Assembly (NCBI GenBank): GCA_030535295.1
Contig: JAUMXK010000001.1
Coordinates: forward strand, 1 to 62,733
Length of the DNA stretch: 62,733 nt
Source: Eubacteriales bacterium
GTDB taxonomy: Bacteria; Bacillota; Clostridia; Lachnospirales; Vallitaleaceae
Direction of reading: 5' to 3'
Shown: positions 10,290 to 19,703 of the stretch, piece after piece
Layout: each line of letters starts with the position of its first letter
How positions within the stretch are numbered: position 1 is the first letter of the stretch
Made by a program: the position numbers and the translations under genes
The notes under the pieces: generated by a model
Database searches by the model: none
What the model was told of the DNA's origin: nothing
What the model saw: the letters and a program-made list of their open reading frames with translations, nothing else

Positions 10290-12428
10290 ATGGAAAAAAA
10301 AGAAATCAAACCTTCAATCATGCACTCATTGGCATTTAAAATCAGTGGTGTGGCAGCCATTGTGTTGTTGATTATTTTTTCTTTATTGACAGCATATATT
10401 TCGATGAAATCATATAATGTCCTTTTAGAAAAGCAGTTGCAGTACAACCATGCAGATAGCTTACTACATGCGGAATTTTTAAAAGAGATAATTGAAAAAG
10501 TTTATACGACCGGAAACCAAGCTCTTTATAATATTGATGAACAATTACAGTCACCTCCTGTTGCCAGAAATGTCAAGCAGTTAGCTCGAACTCTTTCAGC
10601 AACTTTAAAGTCCAATCAAAATTTGATTTCCTCGACCGTTTGTTTTGAGCCGGATGCCTTCGACGGCAAAGATGCTCTCTCCAAAAACATGCAATACCGA
10701 GATGAAAATGGCAGAGTGGTTGTTTATGGGTATCAAAACGGTGACAGCATAGCCTACAAAATGTTGGACAAAAAATACTATGAGTCCGGAGTCGAAGCCG
10801 AATGGTATTTAAAAGTAAAAGAAAGCAATAAGATTTACTTAAGTGAACCCTACGATTTCGAAAATCATACTTTAATTACCTTGAGTTTTCCCATCAAACA
10901 GGAAAACCAGTTCTTAGGTGTACTTGCCGTAGATTTAAACTTGGATGATTTTAAACAATTGTTGAAGCAAGAAAGCAGCGAAAACTATTTTTACAGCGTT
11001 GTCAACCAAAATAAACATTTTATTTTACATGGACTTTATCCGAAATTCGATACTCTTTCCGTATCGGAGGTGATTCCGGATAGTGACTCTCTATTTTCCG
11101 ATTCCGGCAAAAGAGAGCATAAAAATTATATTTTAAAGGAAAACAAAAATGAATATGTTGCATTGGCTGTACCGATTGCTTTTAATTTTGCTGATAATCA
11201 CTGGTATTTGCTTGCGGAAGCAAACTCTGCAGTCTTTACCAAGCAGATTCGCCAAATGACCGGTACCACCATTTTAATGGCATTTCTTGCGCTGCTTATT
11301 TCCATCGCAGCCATTAGCTTCAGCATTATCAAAATGGTGCGCAAACCTCTTAAAAATTTGCAACATGTATTAAATTCCGTTTCCGAATATGATTTGCGAG
11401 ATGAAATGGTACAAGCGAAGATTGCCGCCGCCCTCAATCGTAATGATGTAATCGGACATATCTCCGGCAGTATTCATAATATGGTCGAAAATTTCAAGCA
11501 CTTGGCAAGAAATATGTCCCGAAACTCCGGCCGTGCTACCACGACTTCCGATGAATTGGGACAAATTGCTACGCAATCTTATAAGTCAGCCACAGAAGTA
11601 GCTCAAGCAATTGAAAATATTGCCCACACTGCCTATGACCAAGCTGAAAAAACCCAAAATGCTTCCGTTGCTTTAGATGCCATCACCAATGCCATAGATG
11701 TCAATTTTGATACACTCAACGAGCTGGCAACAGTAGCTCATCGGGTAGAGTCTATGAAAGACTATGGTAAGCAAGACTTAGCAGAACTGGAAGCACTTCT
11801 GGCAGAAAGTACTACAGGCACAAAAGAAATTAATCATGCAATTATCGAAACCAATCAAAGTGCTCTGCAAATTGAAAAAGCCAGCGTCATGATTCAATCT
11901 ATTTCCGACCAGACCAATTTACTGGCACTCAATGCCGCAATTGAAGCCGCTCGTGCCGGCGAAGCCGGAAAAGGCTTTGCCGTCGTCGCCGAAGAAATCC
12001 GAAAACTGGCGGAACAATCTTCCGGCTTTACCTCTGAAATCAAGAAAGTCATCGGTAATTTACAAGAAAAATCCACTCGCTCAGTGGAGATTATGGCTAC
12101 GATTCAGGAAATGGTTGAAAAACAAGATGAAAGTGTCAATAAGACCAAAACAAGATTTGATAATATCTCCAATGCGATTGTAGAAGCCAACGGCATTGTC
12201 GGTAAGTTGGAGCAAACTTCGAAAAATATTCAATCTCAAAACAGCAATCTGGTCGTCATCGTAGAGGAATTGGCAGCTATCGCCGAAGAAAATGCTTCCA
12301 TTGCCGAAGAAGTTTCTTCTTCCGCACAAATGCAAATCACAGAAGCGGAAAAAGTAGCTCATACCGTAGATACCTTGGCAAAAATTTCCAATTCCCTGCA
12401 ACGTGAGGTTGATTTATTCAAAGTATAA
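10290..12428 (+). CDS. Methyl-accepting chemotaxis protein with dCache sensor domain
   Basis: Two TM helices flank a dCache region (EWY...LSEPY...ITLSFPI...GVLAVD); HAMP; signalling tip [35 protein letters not shown]. Confidence 0.95.
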   Translation: MEKKEIKPSIMHSLAFKISGVAAIVLLIIFSLLTAYISMKSYNVLLEKQLQYNHADSLLHAEFLKEIIEKVYTTGNQALYNIDEQLQSPPVARNVKQLARTLSATLKSNQNLISSTVCFEPDAFDGKDALSKNMQYRDENGRVVVYGYQNGDSIAYKMLDKKYYESGVEAEWYLKVKESNKIYLSEPYDFENHTLITLSFPIKQENQFLGVLAVDLNLDDFKQLLKQESSENYFYSVVNQNKHFILHGLYPKFDTLSVSEVIPDSDSLFSDSGKREHKNYILKENKNEYVALAVPIAFNFADNHWYLLAEANSAVFTKQIRQMTGTTILMAFLALLISIAAISFSIIKMVRKPLKNLQHVLNSVSEYDLRDEMVQAKIAAALNRNDVIGHISGSIHNMVENFKHLARNMSRNSGRATTTSDELGQIATQSYKSATEVAQAIENIAHTAYDQAEKTQNASVALDAITNAIDVNFDTLNELATVAHRVESMKDYGKQDLAELEALLAESTTGTKEINHAIIETNQSALQIEKASVMIQSISDQTNLLALNAAIEAARAGEAGKGFAVVAEEIRKLAEQSSGFTSEIKKVIGNLQEKSTRSVEIMATIQEMVEKQDESVNKTKTRFDNISNAIVEANGIVGKLEQTSKNIQSQNSNLVVIVEELAAIAEENASIAEEVSSSAQMQITEAEKVAHTVDTLAKISNSLQREVDLFKV

Positions 12429-12502
12429 ACTCTCTCGGGAATATCCCCTACTATTTTGTATCATTCAACACCCTTTGTGTTTTTTGATAAAGTTAATTCG
12501 TC

Positions 12503-12540
12503 AAAAGAAGCCCCGCTCCTTCCGGAACGGGACTTTTTTT
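12503..12540. terminator. Bidirectional terminator between MCP and ABC permease
   Basis: AAG-CCCCGCTCC...GGAACGGGA-CTT stem flanked by A and T runs. Confidence 0.65.
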
Positions 12541-12548
12541 GCATTTTT

Positions 12549-14636
12549 TTATTTTATATTTGCTTTTAGCTTCTCATAGTCTTCCTTGAGCATTACTCTG
12601 AGAAAAGAGTTTCCATTTTTCAGACGAATATCCAGTATCGTCACCGGTTCCGTAGCACCATACATCATTTCACCGGAAAGTTTCAGATATTCCATGATTT
12701 TTCTCGGATTGCTTTCCGTATCTTCCGTGGCCAAGTTTACATACTCTTTCCATCTGGTCTTGTACTCAATCCCCAGAGCCGTATAGCCATCGACATGATA
12801 TGCGTTCATCTGCTCAATCATATCTTCCTGTACTTTCATTACGGTATGGAAACGACTGTTCTCCAATAACCATTTTCTGAGTTTCGGAGCCTTACCTTTA
12901 AAGCTCAGACGATATTCATTGACAAAATACTTGTCCTTCTCTGACCACTCGATTTCTCCGTAGGAGTTTGGATTGAATTTTTGATCTTTTACCTCCACCT
13001 TTTCAAAAATGACGTGAATCGGAGTTTGTTCCAACAGAAGAATACTGTGATTTTCACCCTTATGAATTGGCACATTTTCTTTCTGATCAACGAAATCCCT
13101 GACTTCTTCTTGGAGAACGCTCATAAATTCAAGCATTTTCTCATCCGTAAAGGATTCCTCTGAGGAAGTAAAGTCAGTGGAAACCCGAATTCTACGAATA
13201 TTCTTGATATTTTCATTATTTAAAATCGGATATTCCTGCTTCATATACTCATCGGTCAATGCCAGTTTTTCGTACTCCTCTTTAAAAGGACTATACGCAG
13301 CCTTCCAATAACTGCGAATCATTTCACTGCCGTCATCGAGGCGGTAGATGATGCGAACATAAATATTATGCTGATCGTCGGCTTTGCTGTTTTCCTGCTC
13401 TAAAATCTTTTTGTGAATACTGCGAACCAAGTCGATATTTTCCTTTTCTTTAAACTGATACGTTCCACTATGTTGGAATTCATCCAAATTCAACAGCTTT
13501 CCTCTTTCCATATCCAGCCACTGATCTCCATGATGGTTAATATTGACCGACACAATCCGATTTGTTTCCGGAATTCTTCGCTCAAAGCCAAACATATCCA
13601 GATCAATCGCCCCAACTACTCCAAGGGTAATACAAAGTGCAAGTAAGCTCCCCCACCAGGCTTTCTTGAGATATATTGTCTTCCAGGCAATCATCGCCGC
13701 AATAATATAGCCGAGAACTGCACCGACTCCTGCTCCCAAATAAACAGCACCTTGTGATTCAGGGTAAATCATATCGGAAAAAACGACAGAAAGCAAAAAT
13801 ACCATACAAGCAGTAAAACCGACAATAAAGAAATACTTGAAGAAGGTATAACTAATCCATTCTTTATTATTTTCCATTTTCTTACGGTGATACAGAATAT
13901 ATGCCAAAACCAATACCACCACCAGATATACGAGGAGGAAAATTAAGTAGTCCTGACGAAGTCTATCTTCAAACCGGCTTTCTCGAATGGAAAGGTACAA
14001 TATGTCAATCTGATTGAACCAGGCAAAAAAACGATGATTTCCGGAAAATCCCCGAATCAACTTTTCCGTAAAGAAGTCAAATCCGGAGCCGAAATAGGTC
14101 GGCAAGGCAAAATAAGCAATCAGGAATAAGATATGCCAAATGGACGAGCCTGTAATCATGCCCATACCTGCACTGATAGTAAAGTTTATAAAAAACAACA
14201 ATATCATCACCAGAAACCACTCTAAAAGTAACAGATGAATCGGCTCCTCCTTCAGATTACTAACATGGAGTGCCATGAGCAGAAAGGTATTTATAATCAA
14301 TGGTACAATATATAAAATCGCTGCCGAAATATATTGACTGAAAAACACGGCATTTTTACTTGTCGGTAAGCTCATATAAAAGGCCGTTGCTTTTTCCGAT
14401 TTTAAAAACCCGAAAAAAACCATTCCCATACAAAGTGGTACTACCATGGAAATCATAATTCCACTATTAAATAAATAAGGCGATAAATTCTCTACGGTTT
14501 TCACTTCTTTACCGGTTGCTATGATTAGCGGATAAACAATAAAGAGAAAAATACCCCAAAACAAAGATAACAAACCATACATTCTCAAATTATTGCGAAT
14601 GATTTCCTTACTATAAAAGGATATTTTGGATTTCAT
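12549..14636 (-). CDS. ABC transporter permease with large extracellular C-terminal domain (YtrC/DUF6449-like)
   Basis: About 10 TM segments in the N-terminal half, FYMSLP motif, FGFERRIP; follows the ABC ATPase. Confidence 0.8.
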   Translation of the reverse strand: MKSKISFYSKEIIRNNLRMYGLLSLFWGIFLFIVYPLIIATGKEVKTVENLSPYLFNSGIMISMVVPLCMGMVFFGFLKSEKATAFYMSLPTSKNAVFFSQYISAAILYIVPLIINTFLLMALHVSNLKEEPIHLLLLEWFLVMILLFFINFTISAGMGMITGSSIWHILFLIAYFALPTYFGSGFDFFTEKLIRGFSGNHRFFAWFNQIDILYLSIRESRFEDRLRQDYLIFLLVYLVVVLVLAYILYHRKKMENNKEWISYTFFKYFFIVGFTACMVFLLSVVFSDMIYPESQGAVYLGAGVGAVLGYIIAAMIAWKTIYLKKAWWGSLLALCITLGVVGAIDLDMFGFERRIPETNRIVSVNINHHGDQWLDMERGKLLNLDEFQHSGTYQFKEKENIDLVRSIHKKILEQENSKADDQHNIYVRIIYRLDDGSEMIRSYWKAAYSPFKEEYEKLALTDEYMKQEYPILNNENIKNIRRIRVSTDFTSSEESFTDEKMLEFMSVLQEEVRDFVDQKENVPIHKGENHSILLLEQTPIHVIFEKVEVKDQKFNPNSYGEIEWSEKDKYFVNEYRLSFKGKAPKLRKWLLENSRFHTVMKVQEDMIEQMNAYHVDGYTALGIEYKTRWKEYVNLATEDTESNPRKIMEYLKLSGEMMYGATEPVTILDIRLKNGNSFLRVMLKEDYEKLKANIK

Positions 14637-15516
14637 AGCCCTCTCCTCCTATCTCATAAATAAAAATTTCTTCCAGACTGAGCGGAATAAAATCAATAAA
14701 CATTGGCTGATAGTCTGCAAAGACTCTTTCGATTTCCTCTTCTTTGCCACGAATGACAAAAGAATGAACTCTACCGACATGGTTACTTTTCATAATCTTA
14801 ATCGGTAAAGCAGAGAAATCCAGATTGGCATTTTCCTCTTCAAATGCCATTTGTACCTTATGAATATCTCCCTTCAAATCGTCCAAATCTCTTTGCAAAA
14901 GGACTTTGCCCAAATGTAAAATACCGACAGTATCACAAATATCCTCCAGTTCTCTTAAATTGTGAGAAGAAATAAGTACCGTCATCTCCCTGCTACTCAC
15001 GTCCTGCATCAAAATCGACCAAATCTGACGGCGCATGACCGGATCCAGTCCATCCACCGGCTCATCCAGTATCATCAACTCCGGCTTTACACAAATCCCC
15101 AGCCAAAGAGCCACCTGTTTCTTCATTCCTTTGGATAATTGATTGATTCTTTTATTTTCATCAATTTTCAGTACATCTCTTATCTTATAGTAGCGGTCCC
15201 AGTCAAATTCAGGATAAATTCCGGAATAAAATTTTGCCATTCTCTTCGCTGAATACATGGAAAAGAAATATAAATCATCTGATACATAAAAGATTCTTTG
15301 TTTGATTTCTTCGTTGTCATAAATATCTTGTTCCTTCATTTTGATTTCACCGGTCTCCTGACGATAAACCCCCATCATAGTCTTGATTAAGGTAGTTTTT
15401 CCGGAACCGTTGGCACCGACCAGCCCATATACCGAGCCTTTCTTTATCGAAAGATTTACATCGGACAGAGCAACAAAATTACCATATTTTTTAGTTACTC
15501 CCTTCACTTCAATCAT
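14611..15516 (-). CDS. ABC transporter ATP-binding protein (YtrB-like)
   Basis: GANGSGKTT, LSKGMK, LILDEP; start moved to MIEVKG behind GGAGGA. Confidence 0.93.
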   Translation of the reverse strand: MIEVKGVTKKYGNFVALSDVNLSIKKGSVYGLVGANGSGKTTLIKTMMGVYRQETGEIKMKEQDIYDNEEIKQRIFYVSDDLYFFSMYSAKRMAKFYSGIYPEFDWDRYYKIRDVLKIDENKRINQLSKGMKKQVALWLGICVKPELMILDEPVDGLDPVMRRQIWSILMQDVSSREMTVLISSHNLRELEDICDTVGILHLGKVLLQRDLDDLKGDIHKVQMAFEEENANLDFSALPIKIMKSNHVGRVHSFVIRGKEEEIERVFADYQPMFIDFIPLSLEEIFIYEIGGEGYEIQNILL

Positions 15517-15887
15517 TTCTTTTCCTCCTTCTCCAACCAGTCCAAATGTGCACAAATATCTTCTTTGCTAAGCCCCAGACGGTTTGCTTTTTTTACAATC
15601 ATTACAATTTCTTTCAAAATTATTTCCTGCTGCTCTTTTAGTTTCGCCGCATCCAAACGCATGACATAGTTTCCTTTCCCTGCAACGGCGTATAAAAACC
15701 CTTCGTTCTCCAAAATCCGAAGTGCTTTTTGAATGGTATTCGGATTGATGACCAGGTCTGCCGATAACTCACGCACGGACGGAATCTTTTCATCGGGCTG
15801 CAAATTGCCATTGATGATATCTGTTTTGATATTTTGCACAATTTGCTGATACAAAGGAATCCGGCTTTTTAAATCGACTTGAAACAT
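15513..15887 (-). CDS. GntR-family YtrA-type repressor
   Basis: 124-aa GntR, PSVRELS...INPNTIQKA; heads an ABC operon. Confidence 0.92.
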   Translation of the reverse strand: MFQVDLKSRIPLYQQIVQNIKTDIINGNLQPDEKIPSVRELSADLVINPNTIQKALRILENEGFLYAVAGKGNYVMRLDAAKLKEQQEIILKEIVMIVKKANRLGLSKEDICAHLDWLEKEEKK

Positions 15888-15959
15888 CCATCTTACTCCT
15901 TTCTCACAGCTTTTCGTACAAATATCCGTAGGATATTTGTACTGTCCTATCTGCTCTAT

Positions 15960-16013
15960 GTGTTATATATGTGTTAGTACAGTTATTATATTCCCCTTTT
16001 CTTTAATTGTCAA
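15960..16013 (-). promoter_or_regulatory. sigmaA promoter plus YtrA-type operator
   Basis: TTGACA (16013-16008)-17 bp-TATAAT (15990-15985); palindrome GTGTTATA-N7-TAGTACAG at 15960-15982 just downstream of the -10. Confidence 0.8.
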
Positions 16014-16160
16014 TTCTTTTTTATAAAAAAGCTGCCAGCTTTTTGCACTCTTACCGATTCCTCTTTCGGCTTTGAACACATCAAGCATAGCAGCTTTTAT
16101 TCTTTATTCTATTTATCTCTTTTGTGTTTTTACTTTTACTGTCCGCACTTCAAATAGTTT

Positions 16161-17498
16161 TTATAATTTTGCTTCCGCCTTGTCACCGACTCCCATTAAT
16201 TTTAAGCCGTAAGTCACAAGCAGAACCACAATTGCAGGTATCACCCAGCCCAGCTTAAAGCCATGCAACGGTAACTTGGCAAACAAAGCATATACTGCCG
16301 GAATTTCTATGCCCATTTCAGATTGTAAAGCTCCCACTGCACTGATAACAGCGGTTGTATATATGGTCGCACGATAAATCAATGGATTAGACTCCATCCA
16401 CTTATCCGTCAGTGCCAATACAATCAAAACAATCGAAATCGGATATAAAATAAATAAGATGGTGATATTGTATTTCATAATCGCATCCAATCCGATATTG
16501 GCAAACACAAAGCTCAACAGCGTCCAGATGGTTGCCCAACTTTTATAGGACAGTTTATTGGACAAAGTCGTAAAATATTTACCGGAAGAAGTAATCAGTC
16601 CCACACAGGTGGTAAGACATGCCAAGGTAAAGATAGCTCCTTGCAGTACCGTACCGCCGGTTCCCAATAAGTGCATAGAAACACGTCCCAAAATTTGCGC
16701 ACCATTGGTCGTATCCGGGAACATAGAAACACTTGCCGCTCCAAGATAAGCCAATAAGAAGTAAATCAAAACCAATAGGCCGCCGGCCATCATACCGGAT
16801 TTGACGGTAACTTTAATCATTTCTTTTTCGTCTTTGATTTTCAGTTCATAAATAACCATGGAAATGACCAGACCGAAATTCAAAGCGGCAATGGTATCCA
16901 TTGTCATATAACCGTCAATAAATCCCTGTAAACTTGCATGCGTTTGATAGGCTTCTTTCAAAGGGGCTTCCATTTGCGGCATGCCTTTCACTAAAGATAC
17001 AATAAATAATACCGCCATCAAGCCTAAAAGACTTGGTGTAATGACTTTTCCCATTCTTTCCACTAATTTACTTGGAGTCAGAGAAAGCCAGTAGGCCACT
17101 CCAAAAAAGATTACAGTATATACAAACAGTGACCATCTTCCGGTAAGCATTTCCGGCAGGTAAGGTTTAATCGCCATCTCAAACGGAACACTCCCTGCTC
17201 TTGGAATCCCCAAAGCCGGTCCGATGGATAAATAAATCGCTGCGGTAAAGACAGCTGCAAACTTTGCATCTACTCTGGATGCCAGATTTTTCAAACCTCC
17301 TGATTTTGCCACTGCAATCACGCCCATGACAGGCAATACCACTGCCGTCACACAAAAGAAGAGCATGGTAATCCATACATTTTGCCCTGCCAATTTTCCC
17401 GTCATCGGCGGTACAATCAAATTACCGGCACCGAAAAACATACCGAATAAGAGAGTGCTGATTAATAAATACTGTTTTGTGGTTAATTTTTCTTTCAT
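16161..17498 (-). CDS. brnQ: Branched-chain amino acid:cation symporter
   Basis: LFGMFFGAGNLIVPP, GYMTMD, LACLTT motifs; upstream Ile T-box. Confidence 0.95.
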   Translation of the reverse strand: MKEKLTTKQYLLISTLLFGMFFGAGNLIVPPMTGKLAGQNVWITMLFFCVTAVVLPVMGVIAVAKSGGLKNLASRVDAKFAAVFTAAIYLSIGPALGIPRAGSVPFEMAIKPYLPEMLTGRWSLFVYTVIFFGVAYWLSLTPSKLVERMGKVITPSLLGLMAVLFIVSLVKGMPQMEAPLKEAYQTHASLQGFIDGYMTMDTIAALNFGLVISMVIYELKIKDEKEMIKVTVKSGMMAGGLLVLIYFLLAYLGAASVSMFPDTTNGAQILGRVSMHLLGTGGTVLQGAIFTLACLTTCVGLITSSGKYFTTLSNKLSYKSWATIWTLLSFVFANIGLDAIMKYNITILFILYPISIVLIVLALTDKWMESNPLIYRATIYTTAVISAVGALQSEMGIEIPAVYALFAKLPLHGFKLGWVIPAIVVLLVTYGLKLMGVGDKAEAKL

Positions 17499-17615
17499 TT
17501 TTTCTCCTTACCTTTCATTGTTGCTGACTTATCATTCTTGGCTGACGGCCTGCAAATGATTCCCCAAACATAAGTCCGGGCTCCGACCTATCGGGTCTTC
17601 CGGCTAAACTGCAAT

Positions 17616-17866
17616 AAAAAAGTCCTTTGTATTTCCATACAAAGGACGAATTATCGTGGTACCACCTTTTTTCCCAATAAAATATCGGCTCGTTCGCATC
17701 CATCAATGCTGTTTCTCTATAACGGGAGACCAAACCGTCAATTCCTACGCATTTTCAATGTTTCAGAATGAACCTAAGAGATGATTTTCAAAATCTGTCT
17801 TTTAGCAGCTCGCACCAAACGCTACCTCTCTGAAAAAATTCACAATTTTTACTCGTTCTCTATTAT
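17616..17866 (-). promoter_or_regulatory. T-box riboswitch (Ile, AUC specifier) controlling brnQ
   Basis: Minus strand: AG box CAGAGAG, GGTGCGAG, specifier loop GAAAATCA (AUC at 17785-17783), T-box AAGGTGGTACCACG...TCGTCCTT, terminator GTCCTTTGTAT...ATACAAAGGAC-TTTTT. Confidence 0.92.
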
Positions 17867-17909
17867 AGGTGTTTTTTATTTTGTTTTCCATATCTTACTT
17901 CATTTCTTT

Positions 17910-19475
17910 TCATCTGTCAAGAGTATTTTTTATTTTTTCTGTCATCTTCGCAATCAAATCATTTACTTCCAAATCACCCCTTTGTGCTACCATTTCCAAG
18001 GTAGCCATCTTAGCAATGGTGTTAAAAGCGATCGGATTGAGGAGCTTTTCATATTTGGGTGAAATGCTCGGCATAAATTCCCGAATGAAGGGATACTCTT
18101 TGATGACATCATAAATGATGCTCTCCGCTTTCAATCCAAATGGATTTTCTGCTTGTCGAGCCTTTTCCTCTAGCTTCGGCTTATTTTCCATCTCATGTTC
18201 CGCTTTTTCTGAAACAGCCTTATCCTCGCTATCCCAATTCAGCAGCCGTCGCTGACCTTGCAAACTGCGGATATGCGCCACATCCTGCATCATTTCCAGA
18301 ACACCTCGAAATTTTCCGTCCTTATCTCTGACCGCAGTATAGAGAATATAAATAAACTTATCGCCCATTTCCAGCCAAAATTCGGCTTTGTCCTGTCTGC
18401 CGCTGCGAAATGCTTCGATGATTTCCTTGACGACATCCAGACTTTCTCTCGGATGGCAGTTCATGACATTTCTACCGATAACGCCTGCACTTCTAGGGAA
18501 AATACGATGGGCCGTATCGGTATAAAATTGTACCAGTTCATTTTCATCTACAAAGGAAAAATCCATCGGCATGTGTTGATAAATCAAATTGATTTGTTCC
18601 AAAGTCAATTTGCCTTGCTTGACATCCAGGACTTCCTTTCCCTGATTTTTACCGATTTGATATTTGGCAGCCAGTGCCATAAAATCTTTCATAAACTCAT
18701 TCGACTCTTCCGCTTGCATTGTTTCGCTTTTTTCTACAATATATGGTGCCGGCACTTCAATCAGGCAATAGCCGATTTCATCATCACTCACTCGCATTTC
18801 CGCAAATTCTATGTCGGAAATTAATTTGACGGAAGTAGGATAGAGAATACTCTCTTCTTTATCCAATAAGTCCAGCAGCGCTTCTCTCATTACCTGATAG
18901 AGGGCAAGCACTTCATTTTTATCTTTGCCTTCCTGCACTGCATCACAAAGTTGACGAATGGCTTTCTTGACATCATTGTCAAAACTCCACATGATTTTCG
19001 ACGGTCTGTCAAAGCCTTTTTCTTCCAATTTGGAAAAGAGCTGATTTTGCTTACGAGATAAATGAATATTAAATTGATATAATTTATCCGTCAAAGACTT
19101 CCAATTTTGTTGTTGATAGGCTCGCTCCGCCTCGGCATCCATCTGTCCCAAAAGATTTTTAATGGCTGTGTTTTCCTCCAAATAAGTTCGAATCGGATGA
19201 CCGATAGGTAATTGCAACGAGTTCTTGGTCAACACCCCATCCAATAGTCCAATTAGCTCATCCATATTTTCGTGCACCTTTTCATCGGTAAACCCTAAAT
19301 CTTTCAGCCTTTGCTCTGTATAAGCAAACTCCTCCGGCGAAATACTCGGATATTTTTCCACAATTTTGTTTTTGGCTTCCTCCATACTAATCTCACCCTT
19401 TAAAAAGGCAGCTTTGATATGAATTAAGTCCTCCATCCTTTGAACATCGACACCTGCAAATGATTGTGAATGCAT
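17910..19475 (-). CDS. DUF438 / hemerythrin-like / PAS_10 / DUF1858 protein
   Basis: GHPIRTYLEEN, HLSRKQNQLF, RPSKIMWSFD, KEESILYP, RIFPRS..VIGRNVMNCHP, C-terminal DUF1858-like LLNP...TLEMVA. Confidence 0.85.
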   Translation of the reverse strand: MHSQSFAGVDVQRMEDLIHIKAAFLKGEISMEEAKNKIVEKYPSISPEEFAYTEQRLKDLGFTDEKVHENMDELIGLLDGVLTKNSLQLPIGHPIRTYLEENTAIKNLLGQMDAEAERAYQQQNWKSLTDKLYQFNIHLSRKQNQLFSKLEEKGFDRPSKIMWSFDNDVKKAIRQLCDAVQEGKDKNEVLALYQVMREALLDLLDKEESILYPTSVKLISDIEFAEMRVSDDEIGYCLIEVPAPYIVEKSETMQAEESNEFMKDFMALAAKYQIGKNQGKEVLDVKQGKLTLEQINLIYQHMPMDFSFVDENELVQFYTDTAHRIFPRSAGVIGRNVMNCHPRESLDVVKEIIEAFRSGRQDKAEFWLEMGDKFIYILYTAVRDKDGKFRGVLEMMQDVAHIRSLQGQRRLLNWDSEDKAVSEKAEHEMENKPKLEEKARQAENPFGLKAESIIYDVIKEYPFIREFMPSISPKYEKLLNPIAFNTIAKMATLEMVAQRGDLEVNDLIAKMTEKIKNTLDR

Positions 19476-19575
19476 TCTCTTTCCTCCTTTGATTTTATAT
19501 AAGTACTAGTTTAGCTAACATAAGTTTTGCTTTTGCAGAAGACCACAGGAGCTAAACGTGTGCCAGATAATTTCT

Positions 19576-19654
19576 AATGAATATCATTTTCATTTATTAT
19601 ATGATATACTATCATATTTCCTTTTCTATCACTGTTGTTAAAACAACATTGATA
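19576..19654 (-). promoter_or_regulatory. Promoter of the DUF438 gene with a Crp/Fnr-like palindrome and a Fur-like box
   Basis: TGTTGTT-AA-AACAACA (19633-19648, extending to TATCA/TGATA); extended -10 TGaTAGTAT (19614-19606); AATGAATAT-C-ATTTTCATT (19576-19594). Confidence 0.55.
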
Positions 19655-19689
19655 AAAAAAAGAACCTCGGATAATCTTCCGAGATTCTT
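19655..19689 (-). terminator. Terminator of the GGDEF/EAL gene
   Basis: AGAACCTCGGA...TCCGAGATTCT stem with a U-run on the minus strand. Confidence 0.65.
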
Positions 19690-19703
19690 CTCCTCTTTTC
19701 ATC

